64,000 bases of DNA from Candidatus Bathyarchaeia archaeon (GCA_035529595.1 DATKWK010000017.1:186961-250960); one strand, 5' to 3'; shown: positions 19,848 to 31,890, counted from the stretch's first letter. Program-made: numbers and translations. The notes: generated by a model from the letters alone, not told the origin.

Positions 19848-22146
19848 GGAAATCTTTAAAAAAGTCCAGAAACAGGAAGATAAAAAGGAATTCTCATTTG
19901 CCTTAGAGATTGGTTATGGAGTGGTTAAAGGCGCAATTTGGGCGATTGACCAGGGAAAAGCCAAGGTTTTTTCGGTAAGCGAAGTATTTGATTGGCAGAA
20001 GGAGAGTAGTCTTATTGAGGCAGCCGATAAATGCCTTTCAGGCGCAATTGAAAAGGCGGCCATTCTGGAAGAAGAACCGAAAAAGATAATTTTTGGACTT
20101 CCTAGCTCTTGGGTTCAAGGCGAGAAAATTATTCCTGAGAAACTAAAGATCCTTAAAGAACTTTGTCAGGGTCTCGAGCTCAAGCCGGTTGGCTTTGTGG
20201 TAACTACCGAGGCTCTCGTTAAATACTTAAAAACCCTCGAAGGAGTTTTACCCAACGCTATCTTAGTAGAGGTTGCCAGAGCCGAGGCTGAGGTGACTCT
20301 CCTTCGTTTGGGTAAAATAATTGGCAGTAGCCTGGTCAAGCGAAGTCATAGCCTAGGGGAAGATATTGCCGAGGCGCTTTCCAGAATAAAAACCGAGGAG
20401 GTTTTACCAGCCAGAATCATCCTTTACAATTCTAAAAGCGAGATCGAAGACGAGAAAGAAGAGGTTTTAAGTTACCCCTGGTTGAGAGAAGAGAACGGTT
20501 TTAATTTCCTGCATCTGCCTAAAACCGAAGTTTTTCCGGCTGATTTTGATATCAGAGCGGTCGCTTTGGCTGGTGGGGCAGAGGTAGCAAAGGCTGAAGG
20601 AATCGAAGCAGAAATTTTTCTTGAAGACAAAACGAGAGATAGGAAGTTGGACGAACAAGGAGAGAAAGAGATTGAAAGAGAGATTGAAACGACAATAGAG
20701 GAAGAAAAAGAGGCTGAGATCATTGAGGAGCCGTCGAAATTGGGGTTCGGTTTTATTGAAGAGAAAGATATCGCGACTGGAGAAAATAAAATAGCCGAAG
20801 GAAAAGTCGCAAAAGAGTCAGAGGTTAAGGAATTTCCTACCAAACGCGATCAAACCAGTACTTTGCCTGATCAAGAAGTTACCAAGAAGCCCAAGAAATC
20901 TTTTTTTGCGCGATTGAGGTTTTTTCACCTAAGGAGATTAATCCTAGCCCCTTTTACTGTTTTTAGGAAGATAGTTTCTTTGATAAAGTTTCCGGGTAAA
21001 CTAACCCTTTTGGCAGTTATTGGGGCAGTGTTGTTTGTTGCAGTCAGTGTCGGCCTGTCTTGGCTTTGGTGGTTTTACCCTAAGGCTAAAGTAACTCTTT
21101 TTGTTAAACCGCAGATTTCAGAAAAAGAATTCGAGGTTACTTTGGATTCTGGAGTTGGTGAAGTTGATCAATCGAAAATGATTGTTCCGGCTAAGGTAGT
21201 TGAAGTAATTCTTGAGCAGGAAAAAGAAGGAGAAACAACCGGTATTAAAGTAATCGGAGAAAAAGCCAAAGGTGAGGTAATCGTTTATAACCGAGCTTCC
21301 ACCGAGAAAAAGCTTAATGCCGGAACGATTCTAATTAGTCGTAGTGACATTAAGTTTTCGATTGAAGAAGGAATAGTAGTTGCCTCCGAAAGCGCCGGTC
21401 CTGATTATACGAGGATTCCGGGAAAAGCAAAGGCAGCTGTTACTGCCTTAGTAATTGGAAACGAAGGAAATTTGGCAGCCGGAACCGAGTTTACGGTAGA
21501 TAAGTATTCAGCTACTGATTTAATTGCCCGCAACGAGAATGCCTTTACGGAAGGTTCAAGCCGGGAAGTTAAAATTGTAGGTAAAAGTGACCAGGAAAAT
21601 CTGGCTTCCGTTATATTGGAAGAGTTAAAGTTGCAGGCAACAGAAAAACTTAAGGAGAAGGTTCCTGTAGGCGAAGTTTTAGTAGAGGGTTCAATAACCG
21701 AAAAGATTCTGGAAAAGAAGTTTGATAAAGAGATTCAGGAAGAAACTGATCGTTTGAAGTTAACCCTTAAAACTAGTTTTAAGGCTCTGGTCTATCAGAA
21801 TGATAAATTTAACCAGTTGATCGCGGAAAAAGTAAGAGCCTCTGTTCCCTCGGGATTTCAATTCAGAGAAAATGAAAGCGAAGTCAAATTCAAGCTTGAT
21901 AAAGTGATTGATGAAGACAAGGCTCTTTTTACGGCTTCTTATAGAGCCAGCTTATGGCCCCAGATAGATACCGAACAGATCAGAAAGAATTTAAGAGGAA
22001 AAAAGGCGGAACTGGGAGAATTTTATCTTAAAGGTTTATCTAATATAGAAGGATACGAGGTAATTTATACTCCTAATCTATCTAGAATAATCAAGACATT
22101 CCCCCGGGTTTTAAAAAGGATTGATATTGAGGTAACGTCAAAATAA
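19792..22146 (+). CDS. Large hypothetical protein with a central TM segment and an acidic E/K repeat region
   Basis: The ORF overlaps the alaS 3' end; the real start is probably an internal Met at 19813 or 19837. The N-terminal ~150 aa have a faint actin-like ATPase (FtsA/PilM-type) pattern (FALEIGYGVVKGAIWAID). A TM helix lies at LLAVIGAVLFVAVSVGL. Confidence 0.4.
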   Translation: MPVVGASMQLLSACQMDPREIFKKVQKQEDKKEFSFALEIGYGVVKGAIWAIDQGKAKVFSVSEVFDWQKESSLIEAADKCLSGAIEKAAILEEEPKKIIFGLPSSWVQGEKIIPEKLKILKELCQGLELKPVGFVVTTEALVKYLKTLEGVLPNAILVEVARAEAEVTLLRLGKIIGSSLVKRSHSLGEDIAEALSRIKTEEVLPARIILYNSKSEIEDEKEEVLSYPWLREENGFNFLHLPKTEVFPADFDIRAVALAGGAEVAKAEGIEAEIFLEDKTRDRKLDEQGEKEIEREIETTIEEEKEAEIIEEPSKLGFGFIEEKDIATGENKIAEGKVAKESEVKEFPTKRDQTSTLPDQEVTKKPKKSFFARLRFFHLRRLILAPFTVFRKIVSLIKFPGKLTLLAVIGAVLFVAVSVGLSWLWWFYPKAKVTLFVKPQISEKEFEVTLDSGVGEVDQSKMIVPAKVVEVILEQEKEGETTGIKVIGEKAKGEVIVYNRASTEKKLNAGTILISRSDIKFSIEEGIVVASESAGPDYTRIPGKAKAAVTALVIGNEGNLAAGTEFTVDKYSATDLIARNENAFTEGSSREVKIVGKSDQENLASVILEELKLQATEKLKEKVPVGEVLVEGSITEKILEKKFDKEIQEETDRLKLTLKTSFKALVYQNDKFNQLIAEKVRASVPSGFQFRENESEVKFKLDKVIDEDKALFTASYRASLWPQIDTEQIRKNLRGKKAELGEFYLKGLSNIEGYEVIYTPNLSRIIKTFPRVLKRIDIEVTSK

Positions 22147-22147
22147 T

Positions 22148-22876
22148 ATGGCGCTTTATTGTTACGTTAAGTCTTCACCAAGACAGATTCCTAGAATAAC
22201 CAGGCTGCCTCCTAGAGATGGCCAGAGTCGTTTTTTATCCGGCTTTTTAATCAGTTTGGGAATCTTTGTCGTAATTCTGGTTTTGAGTTCAATCGGTGTC
22301 TATCAAATAAGAACCCGGAGTCGGTTTGACAAAAAAATGCCACTTTTTTCGCCGATTCCCAGGAGTGTTGTTTTAGGTGAGTCGGAGGTTGATTCCAATT
22401 CGGCTGACTACACCAATCCTCACCAATGGTTTTCCAGCGCTCCACCGATGCCCCTCCGCAATAGCAAGATTACCCACTATAACTTGTCAATTCCGGTCTT
22501 GGGAATTTACCAAGCGATTGTTGAAATCGGTGGCGAAGATTTAGGAAAGAGCATGGTTCATTATCCCGGTACCAGTTTACCTGGACAACGAGGGAGTGCA
22601 GTTCTTTTTTGCCACTCGGTTCTCCCTCAATTTTTTAACCCTAAAAATTATAAAACGATATGCTCCACTTTGCCGGCCTTAGAAATTGGTGACGAGATTA
22701 TTGTTTATTTTGACGGGATTGAATATCATTATCAGGTTTTTAAAATGACTGAAGTTCAGCCAACAGACATTTCTGTTTTAGAGCAGGATATGACTGGTGA
22801 ATACTTAAGTATGATTACCTGTGTTCCCCCAGGAACATACCTGCGGCGGTTAGTAGTTAAGGCAAGATTAATCTGA
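22148..22876 (+). CDS. Sortase family transpeptidase (membrane-anchored)
   Basis: N-terminal TM segment. Candidate catalytic His (SAVLFCHS), Cys in LSMITCVPPG (the TLxTC motif) and a C-terminal Arg (RRLVVKAR). Confidence 0.6.
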   Translation: MALYCYVKSSPRQIPRITRLPPRDGQSRFLSGFLISLGIFVVILVLSSIGVYQIRTRSRFDKKMPLFSPIPRSVVLGESEVDSNSADYTNPHQWFSSAPPMPLRNSKITHYNLSIPVLGIYQAIVEIGGEDLGKSMVHYPGTSLPGQRGSAVLFCHSVLPQFFNPKNYKTICSTLPALEIGDEIIVYFDGIEYHYQVFKMTEVQPTDISVLEQDMTGEYLSMITCVPPGTYLRRLVVKARLI

Positions 22877-22923
22877 AGTTTTAAAATAGTAAACATTCAG
22901 AACTTTCAAAATTTGTTAAAAAA

Positions 22924-23304
22924 ATGATTTACCTAGGAATTGATTATGGTAAGGCTAAAGTAGGCCTGGCGCTTGCCGAGGGTATCTTAGCTCAGCCTTT
23001 GCAAATCCTGCCTAATAAAGTGAATCTGATTGGTAGAGTAGTACAACTTTGCCAGAAATACTGCGTAAATAAGATTGTTATCGGCCTGCCAGAAGGTAAA
23101 CTGGAAAAAGAGGTAGGCAGTTTCGGCCGGCAATTGGCAAACAAAAGTGGTTTACCGGTTGAGTTCTATCCTGAATGCTTGACCACTCAGGAAGCAATTG
23201 TTAAAATGATAGAAGCAGGTAAAAGTAAAAAGTTCAGGCGGACACGAGAAGATAAAATTGCCGCCGCGATTATCTTACAAAATTATTTGGATTGCAATGT
23301 TTAA
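22924..23304 (+). CDS. ruvX: Holliday-junction resolvase-like protein YqgF/RuvX
   Basis: MIYLGIDYGKAKVGLALAE N-terminus and overall ~125 aa size typical of RuvX. Confidence 0.8.
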   Translation: MIYLGIDYGKAKVGLALAEGILAQPLQILPNKVNLIGRVVQLCQKYCVNKIVIGLPEGKLEKEVGSFGRQLANKSGLPVEFYPECLTTQEAIVKMIEAGKSKKFRRTREDKIAAAIILQNYLDCNV

Positions 23305-23497
23305 AAAAATTATTGCTCCAGTGCAGGCTTGGTTATTATCTCAGGGAAAGTGCGTCGGTTGCGGTAAGCCTTTAGATAAAGGTAAAGGAGAAAAGAGAAA
23401 AGATAAAACTGAGAAAGTTACCTGTAGATGTGGGCGCATTTTCATTTATAACCCCGAGACAAAGAGATACCGACGGGCCCTTTTCGAAGAGGTTTAG
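23297..23497 (+). CDS. Small zinc-ribbon protein (CxxC ... CxC)
   Basis: The ATG at 23297 overlaps the ruvX stop (aATGtttaa). Cys pairs CVGCG and CRCG are ~25 aa apart. Confidence 0.4.
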   Translation: MFKKIIAPVQAWLLSQGKCVGCGKPLDKGKGEKRKDKTEKVTCRCGRIFIYNPETKRYRRALFEEV

Positions 23498-23499
23498 AT

Positions 23500-24519
23500 A
23501 TGCTATTTAAGGGGCTTAGGCGGTGGATCATACCAGCGTTTTTTTTAATGTCCGTCCTTTTGGGCGGCTTTTTTTGGTGGCAATGGGCAAATCAACCAGC
23601 GACAAAAATGCCTATAACTACCTCCGAAGGGCAAAAGATTTTTGTTATCAAACGAGGTGAGAGAATCGATGAAATTGCGATCAGGCTTAAAAAAGATAAT
23701 TTGATTCGGAGCCCTTTGGCTTTTAAACTTTTGGTTCTTGCCAAAGGATTATCAAAAGAAATTCAAGCCGGTGATTTTCGATTTCATTCGGGATTAAATC
23801 TTGAGGAATTAGTAAATCAGCTGATGCATGGAACGTTAGATATTTGGGTTACTTTATTGGAAGGTTGGCGCAGTGAACAAATAGTCGAGGAACTAGCCAA
23901 TAAGGGATTCGATATCGATATTAAAAATTGGCAGTCGAAAATTGCCAATTCGGCGCTTGAGGGCTATCTTTTTCCTGATACTTACTTAATTCCCCGAGAT
24001 GCTTCCCAGGAAGCGATTATCGAAATTTTAAGGGACAATTTTGATAAAAATATCGATGAAAGGTTGAGGAAAAAAATGGTTGAGAAAAAACTTACTCTTG
24101 ACCAGGTTTTGATTTTAGCGTCTATTGTTGAAAGAGAGGCTAGACTTTCTGAAGACCGGCCGATTGTTGCCGGAATATTGATTAAGAGATGGAAAAATGA
24201 TTGGTTACTTCAGGCCGACGCAGCAGTTCAATATGCCGTAGCTGATTTTAGGTGTCGTGGGAGAGAGTCTGGGTGTGACTGGTGGCCTAAAAATTTAACC
24301 AAGAAGGATTTAGGAACCGAGTCTCCTTATAATACCTACAAATACAAAGGTTTGCCGCCAGCCCCAATTTGTAACCCCAGTCTTGAGTCTATTGAGGCGG
24401 TAATTAATTGGCAAGATTCATCTTATTGGTTTTATCTTTCAGGTTCGACCGGTAAGATCCACTATGCCCAAACTATAGAGGATCATAACGCTAATATCGC
24501 AAAATTTTTGAGTGACTAA
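23500..24519 (+). CDS. mltG: Endolytic murein transglycosylase MltG (YceG family)
   Basis: N-terminal TM segment and YceG-like domain with a conserved C-terminal region (YNTYKYKGLPPAPICNPSLESIEA). Confidence 0.8.
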   Translation: MLFKGLRRWIIPAFFLMSVLLGGFFWWQWANQPATKMPITTSEGQKIFVIKRGERIDEIAIRLKKDNLIRSPLAFKLLVLAKGLSKEIQAGDFRFHSGLNLEELVNQLMHGTLDIWVTLLEGWRSEQIVEELANKGFDIDIKNWQSKIANSALEGYLFPDTYLIPRDASQEAIIEILRDNFDKNIDERLRKKMVEKKLTLDQVLILASIVEREARLSEDRPIVAGILIKRWKNDWLLQADAAVQYAVADFRCRGRESGCDWWPKNLTKKDLGTESPYNTYKYKGLPPAPICNPSLESIEAVINWQDSSYWFYLSGSTGKIHYAQTIEDHNANIAKFLSD

Positions 24520-24660
24520 TAAGCAAATTTCTTTCATGGGTTCTCCCTGGTTGGCATTTCCTTTGATAACCAGCCAAATTATGGACTCCTGAAAATGACA
24601 TTTCTGCTTTGCCGCTAATAGAATATTATCGCTTTGTACCAACACAATTTATACAAAAAT

Positions 24661-24689
24661 TTGACAAGTATGATTTTTTATGCTATATT
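24661..24689 (+). promoter_or_regulatory. Sigma70-like promoter upstream of rpoB (TTGACA - 17 nt - TATATT)
   Basis: The consensus -35 and a near-consensus -10 with 17-nt spacing are seen directly. A ~115-nt leader with a hairpin (gcgtac-ggtcag-tacgc) precedes the rpoB ATG. Confidence 0.55.
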
Positions 24690-24803
24690 GCGCGCTAGTT
24701 TTTACGGAAGGCGTACGGTCAGTACGCTTCGTTTAATGTTGCCGGTTTGAGGCAATTTTTTATACTCAATTTTTAGGTTTTTTAAAATCTGTGAGCTGAA
24801 CTA

Positions 24804-27800
24804 ATGATTTCCTCTGATTTTAGCGACATTAATATTAAAAGCGGGAAACAAAAGCCTTTGCCGAATGAAAGACACTATTGGGGGAAAATCTATAGAAATC
24901 TTCCTAAACTGGATTTAATTGCTATCCAGAAAGACTCTTATAGAGAATTTCTAGAAAAAGAGATAAATGAACTTCTGGCAGAAATCTCTCCGATTGAAGA
25001 TTTTACCAGCCGTAACTGGGAGCTTATTTTCGACCGATGTTCTCTTGGAAAGCCTAAGTATAGCCCTCTTCGGGCAATGAGAAAAGGGGTTACTTTTGAG
25101 ATACCTCTAAGAGTTAAAGTTGCCCTTCTTAATAAAAGAAACGGTTATAAAAGTGAAAAAGAAGTATTTTTGGGCAATGTGCCGGAAATGACAGAGAGGG
25201 GGACTTTTGTCATTAATGGTATTGAGAGAGCAGTAATTAATCAGATTGTTCGTTCTCCGGGCGTCTTCTTTTTTGGTGGAATTGACAAGATTAGTGGGCG
25301 GACACTTTACTATGGAGAGATAAGGCCCATTCGTGGCTCATGGCTGGAATTTTTTGTCAATAGAAATGACACCATCTCAGTAAGAATTGATCGGCGGCGC
25401 AAGTTTCCCATAACCGTTCTTCTTCGTGCTTTTAGTTTAGCAAGCGATGAAGAAATTCTAAATATCTTTCCTCTGGGTAAAGAAAGGGAGCGAAAATATT
25501 TAATTGCTACCCTTGAAAGTGATCCTACTAAGAATCGAGAAGAAGCCCTGCTTGAAATCTATCAAAAGATAAGACCAGGAGAGCCAGCCATACTTGAAAA
25601 CGCGCGACAGCTTTTAGATAACATGTTTTTTGACTACCGTCGCTATAATTTAGGTAGGGTTGGTCGATATAAAATAAACAAGAGGCTGGGGTTGAACATT
25701 CCTAATTCTCCTAAGAGTTGGGTAATTAGTCAAGATGATCTGGTAGCCGCTCTTAGATATTTAATCGATTTACAGAATGGTGAAGGTTATGTTGACGATA
25801 TCGATCACTTATCTAATCGTCGAGTAAGATGTGTAGGTGAGTTAGTATCTGAAATCGCCTTTCGGCCAGGTCTCCTAAGGCTCGAACGCTCCATCAAAGA
25901 AAGAATGAGTTTAGTCAGTACTGATGAAAGGGTCATCCCGACCCAGTTAATTAATGCGCGTCCTTTGACCGCTTCCCTTAATAGCTTTTTCAGAACTAGT
26001 CAGGTTTCGGCAATCTTGGATCAAACTAATCCGCTATCTGAAATTGATAATCTTCGTCGATTGACTGTGATGGGCCCTGGAGGAATTACCCGCGAAAGAG
26101 CTTCTTTCTCGATTAGAGATATTAACGCTTCTCAATATGGGCGAATTTGCCCGATCCGTTCTCCTGAAGGACCAAATATCGGATTAGTGACTTATCTGTC
26201 TCTTTATACAAGAGTTAATGAATATGGCTTTTTAGAAAGCCCCTATTTTCGAGTAGTCAAACAGAAGATTGACCGGCAAACTAGGATGATGGTTACTAAT
26301 GAAATTGTTTATTTGCAGGCAGACGATGAACAAAAGTATCACATTACTTATGCGGGGATTAATGTTGATGAAAAGGGAGTAATTCGGGATTCTTGGTTGC
26401 CGGCCCGATATAAGGGGCAGTTTCTAGAAGTGCCGGCGGAAAAAGTAGACTTTATTGATGTTAGCCCCGTTCAAGTTGTGGGAACGTCGGCTTCCTTAAT
26501 CCCCTTCCTGGCCCATGATGAAGCTAATCGAGCCTTAATGGGCACACACATGCAATGTCAAGCTGTTCCCTTGGTGAAGCCGCAAGCTCCAATTGTAGGA
26601 ACAGGTATGGAGAGTTTGGTAGCCGAAGCAATGGGGAGAGTGGCTAGAGCTAGGCATTCTGGGGTCGTCGAGTGGATTGATGCGCGTAAGGTAGTCGTTA
26701 AGTTAGATGAAAAGTCTCGAAAGAAGATTACTACCGAGAAGATTGAACCTAGAGAAAATATAAAAATTGAAAAAGATAGAGAAACTTATCTGGTAAATAA
26801 ATTTACCCGCTCGGCTCAGAGTACGTGCTATTCGCAAAAACCGGTGGTTTCTGTGGGTGATAAAGTTAAAGAAGGCGACTTATTAATTGACGGTCCTGCT
26901 TGTGAGAGCGGTGAGTTGTCTTTGGGACAAAATTTATTGATCGCCTATTGTTCAATTGACGGATTAGGCTATGAAGATGCGATTGTCATTTCGGATCGGC
27001 TAGTTAAAGACGACTTCTTAACATCAATCTATATTGAAGAATATGAAACTCCTATAGTCGAAACAAAGCTTGGTCCTGAGGAGCTGACTCGTGATATTCC
27101 CAATGTTGGTGAGCAAGATTTAGCCAATCTTGATGAAAATGGGATTATCGTTGTAGGCAGTGAAGTTGGTCCTAATGATATTTTGGTGGGCAAAATTGCA
27201 CCTAAAGGGGAAACAGAACTTACAGCCGAAGAGAAGCTTTTAAGGGCAATTTTTGGTGAAAAGGCGCGAGAAGTAAGAGACGTGTCTTTGAGAATACCCC
27301 ACGGTGAACGGGGAACAGTAGTTGATGTTCAGATTTTAGATCGTGATAAAGGTGACGAGCTCGAACCAGGAACAATTAGGGAGGTAATTGTCAAAGTAGC
27401 TCAGATAAGAAAAGTGACCGTAGGTGATAAGCTCGCTGGAAGGCACGGGAATAAAGGCGTGATCTCCAAGATAGTTCCAGTTGCTGATATGCCTTATTTG
27501 ACTGACGGGACACCGGTCGACATTATTATTTCTCCTCTTTCTGTTTTGGCTAGAATGAATCTTGGTCAGTTATTGGAAGCTCATTTAGGGTGGGCCGCTT
27601 CCCGCTTGGGCTATAAGGCGGCTATTCCTGTGTTTGAAAAAGTTTCTGAAGATAAGTTAAAAGAAGAACTTGAGAAAGCTGGCTTGCCAAGGGATGGCAA
27701 GGTGGTTCTCTGTGATGGAAGAACAGGAGAATCTCTTGCTCAGAATGTGGTTGTCGGAATGAGTTATATTTTGAAGTTGATTCACATGGTTGAAGATAAA

Positions 27801-28136
27801 ATCCATGCGCGGTCAACTGGGCCTTATTCGTTGGTTACTCAGCAACCCTTAGGGGGAAAAGCGCAAATGGGAGGTCAACGGTTAGGTGAGATGGAAGTTT
27901 GGGCTCTAGAATCTCATCGGGCAGCCCACACTTTACAAGAGATGCTGACCTTTAAATCAGATGATGTCATTGGCAGGGCAAAGACCTTTGAAGCGATTGT
28001 TAAGGGAACCTCTGTTCCTGAACCTACTGTTCCTGAATCATTTAAAGTTTTGGTTAAAGAGTTAAATAGCTTAGGATTAGAAATTATACCGACCGGGGCA
28101 GTCAAAGAAAAAAAAGAAGAAGATGAAGAGGAGTAA
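24804..28136 (+). CDS. rpoB: DNA-directed RNA polymerase subunit beta
   Basis: Full-length RpoB similarity (1110 aa). Confidence 0.97.
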   Translation: MISSDFSDINIKSGKQKPLPNERHYWGKIYRNLPKLDLIAIQKDSYREFLEKEINELLAEISPIEDFTSRNWELIFDRCSLGKPKYSPLRAMRKGVTFEIPLRVKVALLNKRNGYKSEKEVFLGNVPEMTERGTFVINGIERAVINQIVRSPGVFFFGGIDKISGRTLYYGEIRPIRGSWLEFFVNRNDTISVRIDRRRKFPITVLLRAFSLASDEEILNIFPLGKERERKYLIATLESDPTKNREEALLEIYQKIRPGEPAILENARQLLDNMFFDYRRYNLGRVGRYKINKRLGLNIPNSPKSWVISQDDLVAALRYLIDLQNGEGYVDDIDHLSNRRVRCVGELVSEIAFRPGLLRLERSIKERMSLVSTDERVIPTQLINARPLTASLNSFFRTSQVSAILDQTNPLSEIDNLRRLTVMGPGGITRERASFSIRDINASQYGRICPIRSPEGPNIGLVTYLSLYTRVNEYGFLESPYFRVVKQKIDRQTRMMVTNEIVYLQADDEQKYHITYAGINVDEKGVIRDSWLPARYKGQFLEVPAEKVDFIDVSPVQVVGTSASLIPFLAHDEANRALMGTHMQCQAVPLVKPQAPIVGTGMESLVAEAMGRVARARHSGVVEWIDARKVVVKLDEKSRKKITTEKIEPRENIKIEKDRETYLVNKFTRSAQSTCYSQKPVVSVGDKVKEGDLLIDGPACESGELSLGQNLLIAYCSIDGLGYEDAIVISDRLVKDDFLTSIYIEEYETPIVETKLGPEELTRDIPNVGEQDLANLDENGIIVVGSEVGPNDILVGKIAPKGETELTAEEKLLRAIFGEKAREVRDVSLRIPHGERGTVVDVQILDRDKGDELEPGTIREVIVKVAQIRKVTVGDKLAGRHGNKGVISKIVPVADMPYLTDGTPVDIIISPLSVLARMNLGQLLEAHLGWAASRLGYKAAIPVFEKVSEDKLKEELEKAGLPRDGKVVLCDGRTGESLAQNVVVGMSYILKLIHMVEDKIHARSTGPYSLVTQQPLGGKAQMGGQRLGEMEVWALESHRAAHTLQEMLTFKSDDVIGRAKTFEAIVKGTSVPEPTVPESFKVLVKELNSLGLEIIPTGAVKEKKEEDEEE

Positions 28137-28188
28137 GTGTGTATAAGAGTAAAAAGTCGTTATTTAATAGATTATCACTGGTTTTGAT

Positions 28189-31100
28189 ATGAGAGAACTT
28201 AAAAATCTAGTCGATTTTTCTGGTTTGAAGATAATTCTCGCTTCTCCCAGTTTGATTAAATCGTGGTCTTATGGGGAAGTAACCAAACCGGAGACTATTA
28301 ATTACCGGACTCTTAAGCCAGAAAAAAGTGGTCTTTTTTCTGAAAGTATTTTTGGTCCGACGAAGGACTGGGAATGCTATTGCGGTAAGTATAAAAGAAT
28401 CCGCTATCGAGGCATTATCTGTGACAAATGTGGGGTAGAAGTAACTCAGTCAAAGGTAAGAAGAGAGAGAATGGGGCATATTAGCTTGGCCTACCCTGTG
28501 GTCCACATCTGGTTTTTTAAAGGAGTACCTTCTAAACTTTCTCTTCTTCTTAATATTCCTCCAAAAAGTTTGGAAGCAGTGATTTATTTTGCGCAATATT
28601 TGGTTACGGCAGTTGATGAAGAAAAGAGAAAAAAGACACTTAACGAATTAAAAGAGAAGCTGAAGAGTAGAAAAATTGAAGTCAAGAAGAAGTTGGAGAA
28701 AAAAATTGAAGACTTAAAAGTGGGAGAAAAAGAGGGAAAAAAAGTAATTGACGAAAAAATTGAAAATAAGGAGCAAAAATTTTTAGCGATCAAAGAGGTA
28801 ACTTTAAAATTTAGGCAGAAAGTTCAGAATGCTCGTGATGAAGCAATTCTTGATGGGGAGAAAATAGAGGAAATATTTAAGACTTTAATCGATGAAGTTA
28901 GATCATTAAAACAACTATCCCTTTTGACCGAAGATAAATATTTAAAGCTTTTTGAATATCAGGCGGGTTCCTTCTTTAAGGCGGGTATGGGTGCCGAAGT
29001 TGTTTTGGAAATAATCAGCACCCTTGACTTAGAAAAATTGATCGCTGACTTGCGTAAAGAAGTTCAATCAAGCAAGGGGGCACGTTATATTAAGGCGACT
29101 AAACGCCTAAGAATAATCGAAGGCCTTCGAAAAGCAGAGGTTGATCCTTCCTGGATGATCTTGAGAATTTTACCTGTTCTTCCCCCGGACCTAAGGCCGA
29201 TGGTTCAGCTTTCTGGCGGCCGATTTGCTACTTCGGATTTAAATGATCTGTATCGTCGGGTGATTAATCGTAATAATCGATTAAAGCATTTAGTCGAAAT
29301 TGGCGCTCCAGAAATAATCTTAAGAAATGAAAAGCGAATGCTTCAGGAAGCTGTTGATAGTCTCATCGATGCTAGTAAAGGGCCTAAAAGAAAACGCTTT
29401 AGACGACGGAGGCAACCTCTTCGTTCTCTTTCTGATATGTTGAGAGGTAAGCAGGGGCGTTTTCGACAAAATCTCTTAGGTAAAAGAGTTGATTATTCTG
29501 GGCGTTCGGTAATTGTTGTCGGGCCGGAGTTAAATCTTGATCATTGTGGTTTGCCCAAAGAGATGGCTTTGGAAATGTTTAAGCCTTTTGTTCTAAGGGA
29601 ATTAATTTTCGCCGGGATTGCTCCAAACGTCAAGAGCGCTAAAATTATTCTTGAAAAAAGACCGCCGGAGGTTTTTGATGTTCTGGAAAAAGTAACCCGT
29701 GACCATCCGGTACTACTTAATCGAGCTCCCACTCTTCATAAGTTGGGTATTCAAGCTTTTTTTCCAATCTTGATTGAAGGGAGCGCAATTCGGATTCACC
29801 CTTGCGTTTGCGCCGGTTTCAACGCTGATTTTGATGGCGACCAGATGGCAGTTCATATTCCTCTTGGAGAAAAAGCCAAAAAGGAGGCAGTTGAGCTAAT
29901 GAGTCCCAAGAGTAATCTTCTAAAGCCCGCTGATGGTTCACCGATTACTATTCCTAATAAAGAAATGGCGTTGGGTTGTTATTTTATCACCTCTATTAAT
30001 TCGGAAATAAATGAATATCCTTCAATATTTTCTAATGAGAGAGAGGCGATTTTAGCCTATCAGACTAAGGTCATTGATCTAAGACAAATAATTAAAGCGA
30101 GGATCAGCGGAGGAATAATTAAAACCTCGGTTGGCAGAATTCTCTTTAACTCTATGTTACCTGAAGAATTGAGATTCATTAATGGAGAAATGAGACAAAA
30201 AGATATCCGTGTTTTAGTAACAAAGGCTTTTCGAAACTGTTCCCGTGAAGTAGTGGTAAAATTAATTGATAATCTTAAAGAACTGGGTTTTTGGAGTGCT
30301 ACTATTTCCGGTCTCTCTGTTGGTGTTTGGGATTGTATTGTTATTAAGGAGAAGGGCAAGATAATTTCACAGGCTAACGAGAGAGTAGGTCAGGTTGAAA
30401 ATAACTTTAATCGGGGGTTAATTACCGATCAAGAGAGGAAAAGATTAGTTCAAGATGTATGGATGGAGACTACCGAAGAATTGGCTGATTTGACCTGGGA
30501 GCGCTTTGATCCAGAAAATAGCGTTCGTTTGATAATAAATTCGGGCGGTACCAGAGCTTCTCGTGATCAAGTAAAACAGTTATCGGCGATGAGAGGTTTA
30601 GTCTTAGATCCTTTAGGACAGATAGTTGAATTGCCGACAAAATCTAATTTTAGAGAGGGCCTGTCAGTCTTTGAATATGTCACTTCGGCTAGAGGTTCAA
30701 GAAAGGGATTGACCGATACAGCTATCAAAACGTCAGACGCTGGTTACTTAACTCGCCGGTTAGTTGACGTATCCCATGATGTTATTATTAGGGAGAAAGA
30801 TTGCAAAACTAAAAAAGGGATTGAAATCACCCGAGAAACCAGGTCATCCGCGTTTTCTCTCAGATTAATAGGCCGTGTTTTAGCTAAAGATGTTTTAGAT
30901 AAAAAGGGAAAAGTTTTGCTTGAAAAAGGTCAAGATCTAGATGAAGAAAAGATTATTATCTTGGAAAAGAACGAAATAATGAAGGTTAAAGTTCGTTCTC
31001 CTTTAGTTTGTGAGGCGAAACATGGAGTATGTAGTACTTGTTATGGCTGGGATCTATCGACCAGAAAAAAGGTTAAAATTGGAACTCCTATTGGTGTTAT

Positions 31101-31890
31101 TGCGGCTCAGTCTATTGGCGAACCAGGGACCCAGTTGACTTTAAGAACTAAACACTTTGGTGGTATTGTTGTCTCTGATGTAACTCAGGGTTTACCTCGA
31201 GTCGAGGAACTTTTTGAAATGAGAACGCCAAAGATTCTTTCTCCTCTGTCCGAAATCGCGGGAAAGGTCGAAGTTATCGAAACCGATGAAGGAACCAAAG
31301 TGAGAATTAGGTCGGTTGATGTTAAGCCAGTCGAAGAAAAGCAGTATTTTATTCCGGCTTTAAGTACTTTGAGGGTTGAAGACGGTCAGTTGGTTGGAAT
31401 AGGAACGCAGCTCGCTTCTGGATCTTTGGACGTTAAGGAAATTCTGGAGGTGAAAGGCCTTCGGGAGGCTCAAATATACTTAATAAACGAGGTTCAGGCA
31501 GTTTACGAATCACAAGGAATTCCTATTCATGATAAACACTTCGAAATTATTATCAGGAAGATGAGCGATAAAGCCAGCATTGAATCGCCAGGGGATACTG
31601 ATTTACTCCCGGGTGAGTTAATCAGTAAAGTTAGGTTTGAAGAAGAAAATGAGCGTGTTTTAGCTCAAGGAGGCGAACCGGCAAGTGCTCGGATTGTTAT
31701 TCTGGGAATCACCAGGTCTTCTCTCTATACTGACTCTTGGCTATCAGCAGCTTCATTTGAGGAAACAACAAATGTTTTAACTGATGCTGCTTCTTATGGA
31801 AAAGAAGATAAACTTCTAGGACTTAAGGAAAACGTAATAATTGGTCGACTGATTCCAGTTAGTTCTGATCGGGCCCAGATTAAAGAATAA
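28189..31890 (+). CDS. rpoC: DNA-directed RNA polymerase subunit beta'
   Basis: Full-length RpoC similarity, including the zinc-binding CxxC...CxxC region and NADFDGD. A KE-rich insertion lies around residue 150-200. Confidence 0.97.
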   Translation: MRELKNLVDFSGLKIILASPSLIKSWSYGEVTKPETINYRTLKPEKSGLFSESIFGPTKDWECYCGKYKRIRYRGIICDKCGVEVTQSKVRRERMGHISLAYPVVHIWFFKGVPSKLSLLLNIPPKSLEAVIYFAQYLVTAVDEEKRKKTLNELKEKLKSRKIEVKKKLEKKIEDLKVGEKEGKKVIDEKIENKEQKFLAIKEVTLKFRQKVQNARDEAILDGEKIEEIFKTLIDEVRSLKQLSLLTEDKYLKLFEYQAGSFFKAGMGAEVVLEIISTLDLEKLIADLRKEVQSSKGARYIKATKRLRIIEGLRKAEVDPSWMILRILPVLPPDLRPMVQLSGGRFATSDLNDLYRRVINRNNRLKHLVEIGAPEIILRNEKRMLQEAVDSLIDASKGPKRKRFRRRRQPLRSLSDMLRGKQGRFRQNLLGKRVDYSGRSVIVVGPELNLDHCGLPKEMALEMFKPFVLRELIFAGIAPNVKSAKIILEKRPPEVFDVLEKVTRDHPVLLNRAPTLHKLGIQAFFPILIEGSAIRIHPCVCAGFNADFDGDQMAVHIPLGEKAKKEAVELMSPKSNLLKPADGSPITIPNKEMALGCYFITSINSEINEYPSIFSNEREAILAYQTKVIDLRQIIKARISGGIIKTSVGRILFNSMLPEELRFINGEMRQKDIRVLVTKAFRNCSREVVVKLIDNLKELGFWSATISGLSVGVWDCIVIKEKGKIISQANERVGQVENNFNRGLITDQERKRLVQDVWMETTEELADLTWERFDPENSVRLIINSGGTRASRDQVKQLSAMRGLVLDPLGQIVELPTKSNFREGLSVFEYVTSARGSRKGLTDTAIKTSDAGYLTRRLVDVSHDVIIREKDCKTKKGIEITRETRSSAFSLRLIGRVLAKDVLDKKGKVLLEKGQDLDEEKIIILEKNEIMKVKVRSPLVCEAKHGVCSTCYGWDLSTRKKVKIGTPIGVIAAQSIGEPGTQLTLRTKHFGGIVVSDVTQGLPRVEELFEMRTPKILSPLSEIAGKVEVIETDEGTKVRIRSVDVKPVEEKQYFIPALSTLRVEDGQLVGIGTQLASGSLDVKEILEVKGLREAQIYLINEVQAVYESQGIPIHDKHFEIIIRKMSDKASIESPGDTDLLPGELISKVRFEEENERVLAQGGEPASARIVILGITRSSLYTDSWLSAASFEETTNVLTDAASYGKEDKLLGLKENVIIGRLIPVSSDRAQIKE